Below, one piece after another: positions 8,905 to 17,979 of a stretch of DNA of 64,000 bases; within the stretch, counting starts at the first letter, position 1; every line of letters begins with the position of its first letter. Made by a program: the position numbers and the translations under genes. The stretch lies in contig CAZESS010000009.1 in assembly GCA_964514975.1 (NCBI GenBank), positions 944 through 64,943 on the forward strand, in the 5' to 3' direction. The DNA is from an uncultured Thermoplasmatales archaeon. Lineage in GTDB: Archaea; Thermoplasmatota; E2; UBA202; DSCA01. The notes under the pieces were generated by a model. It saw nothing but the letters and a program-made list of their open reading frames with translations, had not been told where the DNA came from and did no database searches.

Positions 8905-10143
8905 ATGATGCGGCAGTTGAGAACGTTTTTGTCAGACCGGTGCGGCATCTCAGCCGTACAGGACGCCGTTCTGTTCTGTGTAATGGTATCCATTGCCGGT
9001 GCCATCCTGATGCCGGCGTTTACCGGCACCATCCCGCGGGACACCCATGTGGAAAAGGAACGGGAGGAAAAAGCAGATGAGGTTTTACACCAGTTGATGG
9101 TATGCCGGGTTGATAAAACCGTTCATTTGAACGCGAAACCCGTGCTGGACGCACTGGAGGACAACACGGACATGGACATAACCCAGGGATTTCTTGGACC
9201 GGTCGTCAACGGACTGCTGCGGAGGGAGCAACGCCATCTCACCTACGCCGACCTGTGCACGGAGAGCGTGGCCTGCCAGTTCAAAGTCCTCGGGAAACGC
9301 ATCAACATTTTAACGTATAATTGTACGAACGCAGTAAAAAGAGAGATACAAGCGTTTTTATCGAATCAGCTCGGTGACGAATATCTCTACAATTTCACGG
9401 TCCAATGGCACCCCATCCCGGGATTCGATTTCGGCGGAGATTTTTCTGTCGGTCATTCCCGTCCCCCGGATGCCGACGTGTACGCCGCTACCACATACGC
9501 GGTGATGCCACCGTCGCTTTTTACCAGAGACATCGGTTTCTCCATCAGCAACATCCGCCGTTACATAGCATCGAACATTGAACACGTGGTTAACAGGTAC
9601 CGGAACGGAACCATGTCAAAGGAGCAATTGACCGGGCATCTCGAAACGGTTTCGCTCGAGGTATTTAACAAAACGATGTGGGAGGGATTCGATATCGACC
9701 ACGACGGCGATTTCGACGGGCCAATGGAGACGAAAAGCCTCGTCGACATCGTGCTTGACTACGTGTTTGGAGAGATAGGCAGTGCTCTCCAGCTCGTGTT
9801 TGACGAATCCATGCGCATGGTCACCGACATGATTGCGAACGGAATAGACAGGAACTTTGCCGTCCTTTCATCCGAGGCGCTCAAAAACAGCATTGCTGGC
9901 ATTTCCCCAACAGTCGACGCCGGAGACACCGTCGACGGCATGCGGGATACCATAACAGCACATGTGAAGGAAACGCTCAGACAGTATATCAACCAAACAT
10001 TTCAACACCGCATACAGGCAATGGTGGAGGACATCATACATGCTGGGGAAACCGCAGATATCATCACCGAGATATTGAACTGCCTTTTCCGGCACGTTGA
10101 CTTTCGCAGAGCCCGGCTGTCACTTTCAATATGGAGAGCATAA
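8905..10143 (+). CDS. Pilin-like N-terminus (DRCG|ISAVQDAVLFCVMVSIAGAIL) fused to a 380-aa domain of unknown fold
   Basis: The N-terminal motif is conserved with its neighbours. The rest has no recognisable family and is rich in D/E. Confidence 0.45.
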   Translation: MMRQLRTFLSDRCGISAVQDAVLFCVMVSIAGAILMPAFTGTIPRDTHVEKEREEKADEVLHQLMVCRVDKTVHLNAKPVLDALEDNTDMDITQGFLGPVVNGLLRREQRHLTYADLCTESVACQFKVLGKRINILTYNCTNAVKREIQAFLSNQLGDEYLYNFTVQWHPIPGFDFGGDFSVGHSRPPDADVYAATTYAVMPPSLFTRDIGFSISNIRRYIASNIEHVVNRYRNGTMSKEQLTGHLETVSLEVFNKTMWEGFDIDHDGDFDGPMETKSLVDIVLDYVFGEIGSALQLVFDESMRMVTDMIANGIDRNFAVLSSEALKNSIAGISPTVDAGDTVDGMRDTITAHVKETLRQYINQTFQHRIQAMVEDIIHAGETADIITEILNCLFRHVDFRRARLSLSIWRA

Positions 10144-10147
10144 AAAA

Positions 10148-13132
10148 ATGAAGTTCATCAATGACGAACGCGGACGCGTCCCCTTCGCGGTTCTCGGCAT
10201 ATTTTTGATCGTCGGCAGCGCGGTCACTTCGGGTATCATCACAAACCTTGAAAGAGAACGCACAAAAAATATCGCAGATACGTTGAAGTCATCCTCAATA
10301 AAAAACATGCTGAAAAACGCGGAGGCCGATATTTCACGAATGCTCTCCTATAGCTGTCTGCAGGCGTTCAAAAAAATAGGTCGGCATCCCGTGACATATT
10401 CCAATGTTTCGACGGCGGCAGCCGCCATGTATGCTGATTTCGATGGAGATGGCGAGCACCATGACGATGTGGGCGACACGGTAAAAGGCGAACGGGAGGT
10501 TATGGCGTTTAACAAAAACTGGGCCCGGAACATGGCCAGGGTGTATTTCAACACCTATCTCAACAGAACCTTTGAAGGATTCCTGTACCGGGACAATGGC
10601 TACTCCGTCGCTGTCTATGACCCCGATGGGGATGGGGCTGTCGACGACTGGAGAAATATAACATTTCGGCGCGTGGGCATGGAGTTGGAGCGCTCGGTTG
10701 CAGTTGACCTGTTGATTTCGGAGGACACCCGTGAATATTCCGTCTACTGGGTGGCATCAATACCTGACCTGTCTTTGAAGATCCGGAACCTGTCATCGGG
10801 AAAATACTGGCGTACAACGGCCAATATCAGCTGTCTGGTTCCCTCCCGCCTGCCGCTGCTTATGGAGCTGACCTACACATACCGGGACAGCATCAACGGG
10901 CTTCTCTCGCCGCTGATGGGACTCGTATCGGTCATCGGCGAGGGGTACACGGAGGCCCGGTCGCTCCTTCAGTATGCGGGCAAATACGACCTGGTCAAAA
11001 ATGTCGTGGATAACAGGTGGCTCCAGTATCTGACGAATGCCGGCCTGGTGGGCATACAATACCTCGTTTTTAACAGCGTCGACCCCATGATGGTGGCGCA
11101 GCTTGCGACACAGGTGAACGACCTCGTCGCCCGGGGTACCCGGTATGGCACATCCGCCACGTCGGATGTCCTCACCGGCATGGCTTCCCTGCCCATTGTC
11201 GCCAGTGAAGATGTGTTCAAAACGTTCGGCAGCGAAAACGACAGCGAAGCCAGGCGGACGCTCCGCAATACGACGGGGAGCCAGCACATATCACGGGCCA
11301 ATGTTTCCCTGTGGAACATGTCCAGAGCCATCCTCAACCAGACCCGGACCACCTACTATTATTACAACGACAGCACCGGTCTAAAACCCCAGAACATATG
11401 GCGGGGGTATATGTTCACGGACCAGGGATACCGGTACCGGCTTTCCTCCCCCGATGGAGACCTGGACACCGATACCGATGCACCCCTGCCGGGCTTCCGC
11501 AGGCAGTATACAGACCGCATAAACCGGTCGGTGCTGCAGGAGATACACAAAAAGGTCCGTGACACCTACAGCGCCAGTTTTTCCACCGAGCTGTCAAAAA
11601 ACGTGCTCAACGTATCATACACGGGATGCAGCCCGTCTGACCCCGACTGGAGGCATGTCGGAAGCACGGGTTCCTGGGACCTAGTCCAGAGCAGCTTCAG
11701 AAACAGCACGACGGGACGGCGCCTTCACGACGGCGAACTCCCATCCGGTTTTCCCGCCACGCCCTATCGGGAAACATGGATGCTCCGATGGAAAAGAAAC
11801 GAGACATGGGAGCACTACGAGGTGGTCAACCACACCGAGGCAGGAAATCCGGTATACGGATGGAAGGAGTATCGGGATGTCGTCCATTCCGTTGACGAAC
11901 GAGCCACGTTTGCTCTCCACGCCGATGCATACCCCCGTGATGTCAAACAGGTGATGCATGCCACGTCGGTGTTCGGCGCGCCGCCACACCAACGGCATAC
12001 CGATGACAACCTGGCGTTTCTCCTGCAGACATATGTCAACGACGGGTTCACCGATGCACGAGACCGGTATACCGATACCGCACAGAACCACGGAAAAGGA
12101 TACAACGGAACAGTTGACTCCGCACACTGGAACAACAACACTGCCGACGGCGACACCACGGGCTATGACAGGATACGATGGCTCATCGGCCGACCCGACA
12201 GCATGGGAGCAGCGGCCAGAGCGCTCTACAATATCACAAACATGATACGAGCAGACCGGGCGGCATACAGCACCATCTCCGGCCGGTATTATTCCCCGGA
12301 TGACCCGACGGTGAACCTCTCCCTCGTCGAGCGGGAACGACATGCATTGCTGCAGGAGTTCCAACGGCGCAAAAACAGCTACGTCAACCAGCAGCATTAC
12401 ATGGAGGGCGGAAAATATACGAGCGCAGCAGCCAAGGCGGTCGTCGAGATGCGGAGATGGTTCGTTGAACAGATAGCGGAACGGCTCAATACGTCCCACA
12501 CGCAATATGCCGAGGACGCGATCAACGAGAGAGTCAGCAGCCGGGATACCGGACATTTCAACGGCTACCAGACCTATCAAAACACCATCGATATGTATAA
12601 AGATGCGGTCGACCAGATGACACATGTCCAGTTCGGCAGCCAGATGCGGCTGGAGGGCAACTGGACGGAAAATGTGACCCTGACCGTCGGCACAACCCCG
12701 GACTATTTTGATTTCAACGACCCGCCGACCGGGGAAGAAAACTGGGAGTTCAACGTGAAAAACATCTGTCTTTTCGGCCCGACCGGGTTGCCGTTGCTTC
12801 CAACACCGGTCACTCCATGGGTTGTCACGATAAACAGCTGGTACATCCATGTCGACGGCCACTGGGATACGTTCATGGTGCTCGACAGCAGCGACGAAAC
12901 ACATCCAGACCCCTTGCTGGGGCACAGCGGGCAGACATGCATGCGGACAGGCCCCGAGCGTGTGAGAGACAGCGTCTGCCACCAGGATAATCCATGCCTT
13001 GGGTTTTGCACCCCGCTGACATTTGGGTTCGACACAATGAGCCTGGGTATTGTTCCGTCAGGGAAATTGCCGATTGGCGACCTGGATACTCCTGTCGAGT
13101 CAGACAGCGTCGGAAATGGAGGCAAACGATGA
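10148..13132 (+). CDS. Giant (994 aa) pilin-like protein (DERG|RVPFAVLGIFLIVGSAVTSGII) with more than 20 N-glycosylation sequons and a Cys-rich C-terminus
   Basis: The start is at MKFINDERG, immediately after the upstream stop. There are many N-x-S/T sequons. The C-terminal 60 aa hold 6 Cys (GQTCMRTG...CHQDNPCLGFC). No known domain is recognised. Confidence 0.5.
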   Translation: MKFINDERGRVPFAVLGIFLIVGSAVTSGIITNLERERTKNIADTLKSSSIKNMLKNAEADISRMLSYSCLQAFKKIGRHPVTYSNVSTAAAAMYADFDGDGEHHDDVGDTVKGEREVMAFNKNWARNMARVYFNTYLNRTFEGFLYRDNGYSVAVYDPDGDGAVDDWRNITFRRVGMELERSVAVDLLISEDTREYSVYWVASIPDLSLKIRNLSSGKYWRTTANISCLVPSRLPLLMELTYTYRDSINGLLSPLMGLVSVIGEGYTEARSLLQYAGKYDLVKNVVDNRWLQYLTNAGLVGIQYLVFNSVDPMMVAQLATQVNDLVARGTRYGTSATSDVLTGMASLPIVASEDVFKTFGSENDSEARRTLRNTTGSQHISRANVSLWNMSRAILNQTRTTYYYYNDSTGLKPQNIWRGYMFTDQGYRYRLSSPDGDLDTDTDAPLPGFRRQYTDRINRSVLQEIHKKVRDTYSASFSTELSKNVLNVSYTGCSPSDPDWRHVGSTGSWDLVQSSFRNSTTGRRLHDGELPSGFPATPYRETWMLRWKRNETWEHYEVVNHTEAGNPVYGWKEYRDVVHSVDERATFALHADAYPRDVKQVMHATSVFGAPPHQRHTDDNLAFLLQTYVNDGFTDARDRYTDTAQNHGKGYNGTVDSAHWNNNTADGDTTGYDRIRWLIGRPDSMGAAARALYNITNMIRADRAAYSTISGRYYSPDDPTVNLSLVERERHALLQEFQRRKNSYVNQQHYMEGGKYTSAAAKAVVEMRRWFVEQIAERLNTSHTQYAEDAINERVSSRDTGHFNGYQTYQNTIDMYKDAVDQMTHVQFGSQMRLEGNWTENVTLTVGTTPDYFDFNDPPTGEENWEFNVKNICLFGPTGLPLLPTPVTPWVVTINSWYIHVDGHWDTFMVLDSSDETHPDPLLGHSGQTCMRTGPERVRDSVCHQDNPCLGFCTPLTFGFDTMSLGIVPSGKLPIGDLDTPVESDSVGNGGKR

Positions 13133-13767
13133 AAAGCAAAGCACTCTGCCTCGGAATCGTATGCGCGTTGCTGGTGCTTGCAGTGATACCCCTGGCACAT
13201 GCCGGGGAGTGCAAATATGGAACAGTAGAGGCATGGGCCAGAACGCTCAACGAGGATGGTGGATGGGGCGAATGGAAAAATGCAACCGTCCATGAACGCC
13301 TTCAAACACATGAACCGTTCCAGGTAAAAGTCAGGGCTGCCACGAAGGTCGACTGCACAAGCGTAGACCTGTATCTAATCCGGGCGGGTACGACGGAGGC
13401 CTACGAGGTCGTGGATGGCCCCTCAGATATTTCTGGTGTCATCCCCCGGGGAGTTTTTCATGAAACATGCAATGCTTCATGGTCAAAAACGTACACCTGG
13501 ACTGTCAGGCCGACGGGTAACTGGACGAGGGGTACCGCTGTCCTGAACGTGAGAGGAGGATTTTATAGAGGTGGATACAAGAATGTTGATTTCACCGTCA
13601 TCGCGGCATACATCCAGGCGAAGGAATGGCAGGACGGCGGCGGAGATACGGCAGATAGCGGACATAACGGCGGCAGCATCCCGGGATGTGCGACAGTTGC
13701 AACAGTGGCCTCGATACTGGTCGCTCTGGCTGTATATCAGACACGGCATACAAAATGGCAGGAATAA
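13129..13767 (+). CDS. Surface protein with Sec signal peptide and a C-terminal PGF-CTERM-like anchor (SIPGCATVATVASILVALAVYQTRHTKWQE)
   Basis: The signal peptide is MKSKALCLGIVCALLVLAVIPLAHA. The C-terminus has a P-G-x motif, a hydrophobic helix and a basic tail. The start overlaps the upstream stop as ATGA. Confidence 0.5.
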   Translation: MKSKALCLGIVCALLVLAVIPLAHAGECKYGTVEAWARTLNEDGGWGEWKNATVHERLQTHEPFQVKVRAATKVDCTSVDLYLIRAGTTEAYEVVDGPSDISGVIPRGVFHETCNASWSKTYTWTVRPTGNWTRGTAVLNVRGGFYRGGYKNVDFTVIAAYIQAKEWQDGGGDTADSGHNGGSIPGCATVATVASILVALAVYQTRHTKWQE

Positions 13768-14336
13768 TAGCCGGAAAAAGGGGAGCCGCATGGATTCCCG
13801 TGCGCCTCGTCATCAGCATCGTTGTAGCAGCCGCGATTATTGCCGTCGTGTTCCTGGGGCTGCAGCAGGCAAACAAAACCTCGGCACAAAGCAAGATAGA
13901 GCAAGAATGCGACAGGCTAACCGCAACTCTTTCAACAATGGTTGCGAGCGGCGATGCCCGGAACGTAGACCTTCCACATGACCCGCGGGGAGACATGAGA
14001 ACCGTTGAACTGTCGCTGCCCGACGACACGTCATATCTCGGGCTTGGCGTGAACCCTGATGTGAATGGTGACGGCCATCTTGAGGATGGATTGACCGGCA
14101 ACGGCTCCTGCATTTTTTACCGGATGGACGGCATGAGCGAGCGGGCTATATGGGATGTCGGCGACATCAAATTCAGGAAGGGACGAAAAATCGATGGTAG
14201 ATGGGTGCTTGCACAGCCACAGCAGGGATACGTTATCAGGGGCGGCGGAAAACAGGTAATTACCTTTGAACTGGTCCAGGAATCCTCCGGCAATCGGTAT
14301 GTCCTCGTTCTGGCGCATGATGCTGTAGCCATGTAA
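13755..14336 (+). CDS. Type IV pilin-like protein (GKRG|AAWIPVRLVISIVVAAAIIAVVFLGL), last gene of the operon
   Basis: It has the class III-like N-terminus. It overlaps the upstream gene by 13 nt. A convergent tRNA gene follows it. Confidence 0.5.
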   Translation: MAGIIAGKRGAAWIPVRLVISIVVAAAIIAVVFLGLQQANKTSAQSKIEQECDRLTATLSTMVASGDARNVDLPHDPRGDMRTVELSLPDDTSYLGLGVNPDVNGDGHLEDGLTGNGSCIFYRMDGMSERAIWDVGDIKFRKGRKIDGRWVLAQPQQGYVIRGGGKQVITFELVQESSGNRYVLVLAHDAVAM

Positions 14337-14371
14337 AAAGGGTCAGTTCGCATCCGGGGAGAGCGCGTTAA

Positions 14372-14444
14372 AGCCGCCCCCGGGAATTGAACCCGGGACC
14401 TATTCCTTACCAAGGAATCGCTATACCACTAAGCCAGGGCGGCT
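14372..14444 (-). tRNA. tRNA-Thr (anticodon GGU)
   Basis: The cloverleaf is GCCGCCC|TGGCTTAGTGGTATAGCG|ATTCCTTGGTAAGGAAT...GGTTCAATTCC...GGGCGGC. The anticodon loop is TTGGTAA. No CCA is encoded. A TATA-like element (tatttaataatt) lies about 25 nt upstream. Confidence 0.8.
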
Positions 14445-14566
14445 GCAAAGGGGAATATGGAGTGCTGTATTTAATAATTGTCGTAATTCCCGTCCATGAT
14501 GTTCTACCAAATGGATTGTGGCAAAAAATAAAAAACAGAAAAAAGGGAAAAGGAGATGAGGGTCGT

Positions 14567-16156
14567 TTACTCGACGCCCAATACAAAGGGCCCGAGGACG
14601 AATCCACTCGTTGTTTTTTCCGCGTCGCCTGCAGTGACCGCTATGTCGACGGAACCGATACCCAGCACGAGGCCGGTGTCAATGTCGGTGGAGCTACCTG
14701 CGGGAAGGCTGTCGATGGTGCCAGTCGCCTCGCCGCCGAGGAAGACGGTGCCGCTGAGCGTGATGCTCCAGTCGACGTTCTCGGCATCTGCCGTTCCAGT
14801 GTTGGCAATGGTCGCGCTCACGCCGAAGCCGCCGGAGACGGTGTCGACACCCACGACGGGGACGGGGAACTGTCCGAAGTAGATGTCGCTGTTGCCGTTC
14901 CGGGTGTCGGACCAGATGGCGCCCACGGATGTGGCATCCGCGGTTGCATATTCGGAGAGGACGGTGCCGTCCTGGCCGTTCATCTGCGAGGGTGCGGACC
15001 ATGTGGCTCCGTTGTCCTCGCTTGCGGTGTAGTAGAGGTTTCCGTTTCGGACGAAGGTGCAGACGAAGGAGTCACCGGATGAGGAAACCGTTGGATACCT
15101 GTCGCTCTCGCCGGAGGTGGTCACGTAGCTCGTCTGCCAGTTGCCGCCACCGGATGACCGCAGGCAGATGATGTCCTCGTTGCCGTTTTCGTTGCTCTGC
15201 GCGACAATGACGACCTGGCCGTCCTTAGCAGCGATGCTCGGGTTCTTCATGTCGAACTCAGTGGGGATGACCGCTGCGCTGCTTGACCCCTCTAAGGGGT
15301 TGGTGAAGCTGCGGGCCCAGTACAGGGTGTTCCAGACGTCGTTTGTCTCGTTGTATATGTCCCAGGTTCCCCAGATCATGTCCTCCTGTTTGTCCATGGT
15401 GACCGCGCTGGTGTTGGCGCCGTCCATGCTGAGCCAGCTGATGTAGCCGGAGCCCTCCTCGTCCGGGCTGGCGAAAAACATGTGGGGGCCGTTGGTGATA
15501 TCGTAGTCCTCGTAGTCGGTGGATGCGACACCGGTTATCGCGCCGTATTCCCACTGTTCCTGGCTGTTGTGGCAGGCGATGTCGAGGGCGTGGATGTTCG
15601 ACCAGCCGTATGATGACCAGTCCCAGTACACGAGCGACCATGTCTCGGTGTTGGTGATGTCGAGCACCTCGAGCAGGTACTGGTAGCCGCCCTGTGTCAG
15701 CCCGCTGAACGTGCCGTAGAAGGTGTTGCCGCCCCAGTGGGCGATGTCGGGGTAGTCCTCGACGCCCTGAATATCGAAGTAGCCGGCGGATTCATAGGTC
15801 TGGCCGCCGTCCATTGAAAGGGCCATTGCGATGTTGCGCTCCATCATGGTTGGCGCGAGGGTGTAGCCGACGAAATAGGTCGACCCGGATGTGGCCATGG
15901 TTGGATGCAGTTCGTTGTCCTGCGTGGCTATGACCTCGGTGTCGAGCGGATATGCCATTGGCCGCCATGCGTTTTCGACGACGGTCGGCGACGCTTCAAG
16001 GGTGTGGGCTGCTTCGTCGACGGGGACTGCCTCTATCGAGGAGGTGCCAATCGGTGTGATGGTATGTGTTGTTTCTTGTGGCGCGACGAGTAAGTTCGCT
16101 GTTCCTATTCCTGCTGCGAACAGGAAAACAATTCCTAGTGCTATTGCTTTTTTCAT
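14567..16156 (-). CDS. Secreted BNR/Asp-box repeat protein (sialidase/glycosidase-like beta-propeller)
   Basis: It has a signal peptide (MKKAIALGIVFLFAAGIGTA). Asp-box motifs S-x-D-x-G-x-T-W/Y are present (SMDGGQTY, SEDNGATWS, SDTRNGNSDIY). Confidence 0.55.
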   Translation of the reverse strand: MKKAIALGIVFLFAAGIGTANLLVAPQETTHTITPIGTSSIEAVPVDEAAHTLEASPTVVENAWRPMAYPLDTEVIATQDNELHPTMATSGSTYFVGYTLAPTMMERNIAMALSMDGGQTYESAGYFDIQGVEDYPDIAHWGGNTFYGTFSGLTQGGYQYLLEVLDITNTETWSLVYWDWSSYGWSNIHALDIACHNSQEQWEYGAITGVASTDYEDYDITNGPHMFFASPDEEGSGYISWLSMDGANTSAVTMDKQEDMIWGTWDIYNETNDVWNTLYWARSFTNPLEGSSSAAVIPTEFDMKNPSIAAKDGQVVIVAQSNENGNEDIICLRSSGGGNWQTSYVTTSGESDRYPTVSSSGDSFVCTFVRNGNLYYTASEDNGATWSAPSQMNGQDGTVLSEYATADATSVGAIWSDTRNGNSDIYFGQFPVPVVGVDTVSGGFGVSATIANTGTADAENVDWSITLSGTVFLGGEATGTIDSLPAGSSTDIDTGLVLGIGSVDIAVTAGDAEKTTSGFVLGPFVLGVE

Positions 16157-16283
16157 GCGTATCTAGCCTCCAAGAGGAGAATACCATACTTGTTTATATA
16201 CTTATCGACACCGGTGCTCCGAGTGCCGCCCGGATGCTGCATGTATCGTTAACCTATAAATACAGGCGGGGATATGTTGACCT

Positions 16284-17948
16284 ATGTCCGCAAAGTGGAG
16301 CCCTCCTGCCCGTAAAAAGGGCATGGGCGTGGCGATATGTGTTGCGCTCCTGCTATTTATCGGAATGGCCATGTATGCACCATCCGTCCGTTCCATGGCC
16401 CCCCGCCCGCTGTACGGCCACGCGTACTATGGCGACGGCACCGGCGAACCAGCGACCGGCGCGAAGGTCACCGCCGTGAACCTCGATACCTCCGAGGTGC
16501 TGCACAACAGGACGACCGTGGAGGAGGAGGGATATTATTCGTTCGACGTGGGCTACCCCGGCCCCGCCTGGGGTGATGGCACCCGGGTAAAGGTGTTCGT
16601 GAACGGAACCGACGACCGTGCGGGATGGACGGGACAGGCAACGGTCACCATTGACCCCGTTCCGCCGCAGCAAATTCCTGACATCCATCTCCAGCCGCCC
16701 CCGCCCGGCCAGCCCGTGGTGTCCGGCCCGACGACGGGACGGGAAAACACGTCCTACACGTTCACGGCGGTGGCGACAGACCCGGGCGGCTCTGAGATAT
16801 CCTATGGATGGGACTGGGATGACGACGGCGGCGTTGACGAATGGACCAGGCTCCGCCCCTCGGGTGATTCCTGCAGCGTCACGTACAGCTGGGGGAACGG
16901 TGGCAGCTACCGGATACGGGCGATCGCTCGCAACGAACACGGGGTGAACAGCACCTGGTCGGCACCGCACACCATCACCATCGGAGCGGACACCCAGCCC
17001 CCGAACACCTACATCACCGACGGTCCCGACGGCCTTATCCATGAAGGCACCGCCACATTTGGATGGAGCGGCGACGACGATGTCACCCCCACATCGGCGT
17101 TGCAGTACACCTACGTGCTCGAGGGGCATGACGCCGGCTGGAGCACCTGGACGGATGCCACCACCGTTACCTACACCGACCTGTCAAACGGGTCATATAC
17201 CTTCCGGGTCAGGGCGCGGGATGCGGCACACAACGTCGACGACGTTCCCGCCAGCCGCTCGTTCACCGTCTCACGGGATTATACCGCTCCTGCTGTCACC
17301 ATCACGCAGGGCCCCGACGGCGTCATCCATAAACGGGGCGCCCTGTTCTCTTGGCAGGGAGATGACGATGTCAGCCCGGCCGGCCAGCTCAGATACCGGT
17401 ACATGCTGGAAAACCATAGCGGATGGTCATCCTGGACGGGGCAGACGACCGCTGAGTATTCCGGGCTGCCCAACGGCACCTACACCTTCACGGTCGAAGC
17501 GACCGACACCGCCGGCAACACCGGCTCGGCAGCCCGCATGTTCACCGTCGCAGCCACGTCAAATGACACTACGCCGCCCTCGCTGACCGTGACCGCACCC
17601 ACCAATGGAGCGACCGTCAGCGGTGCCACACTCATCGAATGGCAGGCCGCCGATGCCGGGTCGGCTGTCACGGTCTCCGTCAGCTACAGCCAGGACAACG
17701 GTACCACCTGGCTTTCTCTTGCCGTCAACCTCACCGGCGAGAGCCACACATGGGATACCGGAGCGGTGGACAACGGCCCGTATCAGCTCCGGGTCATGGC
17801 CACCGACGCGGCGGGGAACTTCAACATGTCCGTCATCAACGTAACGGTGGACAACCAGCAGGACGACAATGACACTCCGGCGTTCGGAATAGCTGCCTGC
17901 CTGTCCGCAGCCATTGCAGCGCTGCTCATCAGGAAGAAAAACCATTAA
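16284..17948 (+). CDS. Cell-surface protein with a PKD domain, three Y_Y_Y-type repeats and a PGF-CTERM-like anchor (PAFGIAACLSAAIAALLIRKKNH)
   Basis: The PKD-like block is TSYTFTAVATDPGGSEISYGWDWDDDG. Three ~100-aa repeats match the Y_Y_Y pattern (LQYTYVLEGHDAGWSTW...YTFRVRARD). The C-terminus has a P-x-F motif, a hydrophobic helix and a basic tail. Confidence 0.55.
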   Translation: MSAKWSPPARKKGMGVAICVALLLFIGMAMYAPSVRSMAPRPLYGHAYYGDGTGEPATGAKVTAVNLDTSEVLHNRTTVEEEGYYSFDVGYPGPAWGDGTRVKVFVNGTDDRAGWTGQATVTIDPVPPQQIPDIHLQPPPPGQPVVSGPTTGRENTSYTFTAVATDPGGSEISYGWDWDDDGGVDEWTRLRPSGDSCSVTYSWGNGGSYRIRAIARNEHGVNSTWSAPHTITIGADTQPPNTYITDGPDGLIHEGTATFGWSGDDDVTPTSALQYTYVLEGHDAGWSTWTDATTVTYTDLSNGSYTFRVRARDAAHNVDDVPASRSFTVSRDYTAPAVTITQGPDGVIHKRGALFSWQGDDDVSPAGQLRYRYMLENHSGWSSWTGQTTAEYSGLPNGTYTFTVEATDTAGNTGSAARMFTVAATSNDTTPPSLTVTAPTNGATVSGATLIEWQAADAGSAVTVSVSYSQDNGTTWLSLAVNLTGESHTWDTGAVDNGPYQLRVMATDAAGNFNMSVINVTVDNQQDDNDTPAFGIAACLSAAIAALLIRKKNH

Positions 17949-17979
17949 GTTTTTATTATATCCCTTATTGGGGGACTCC

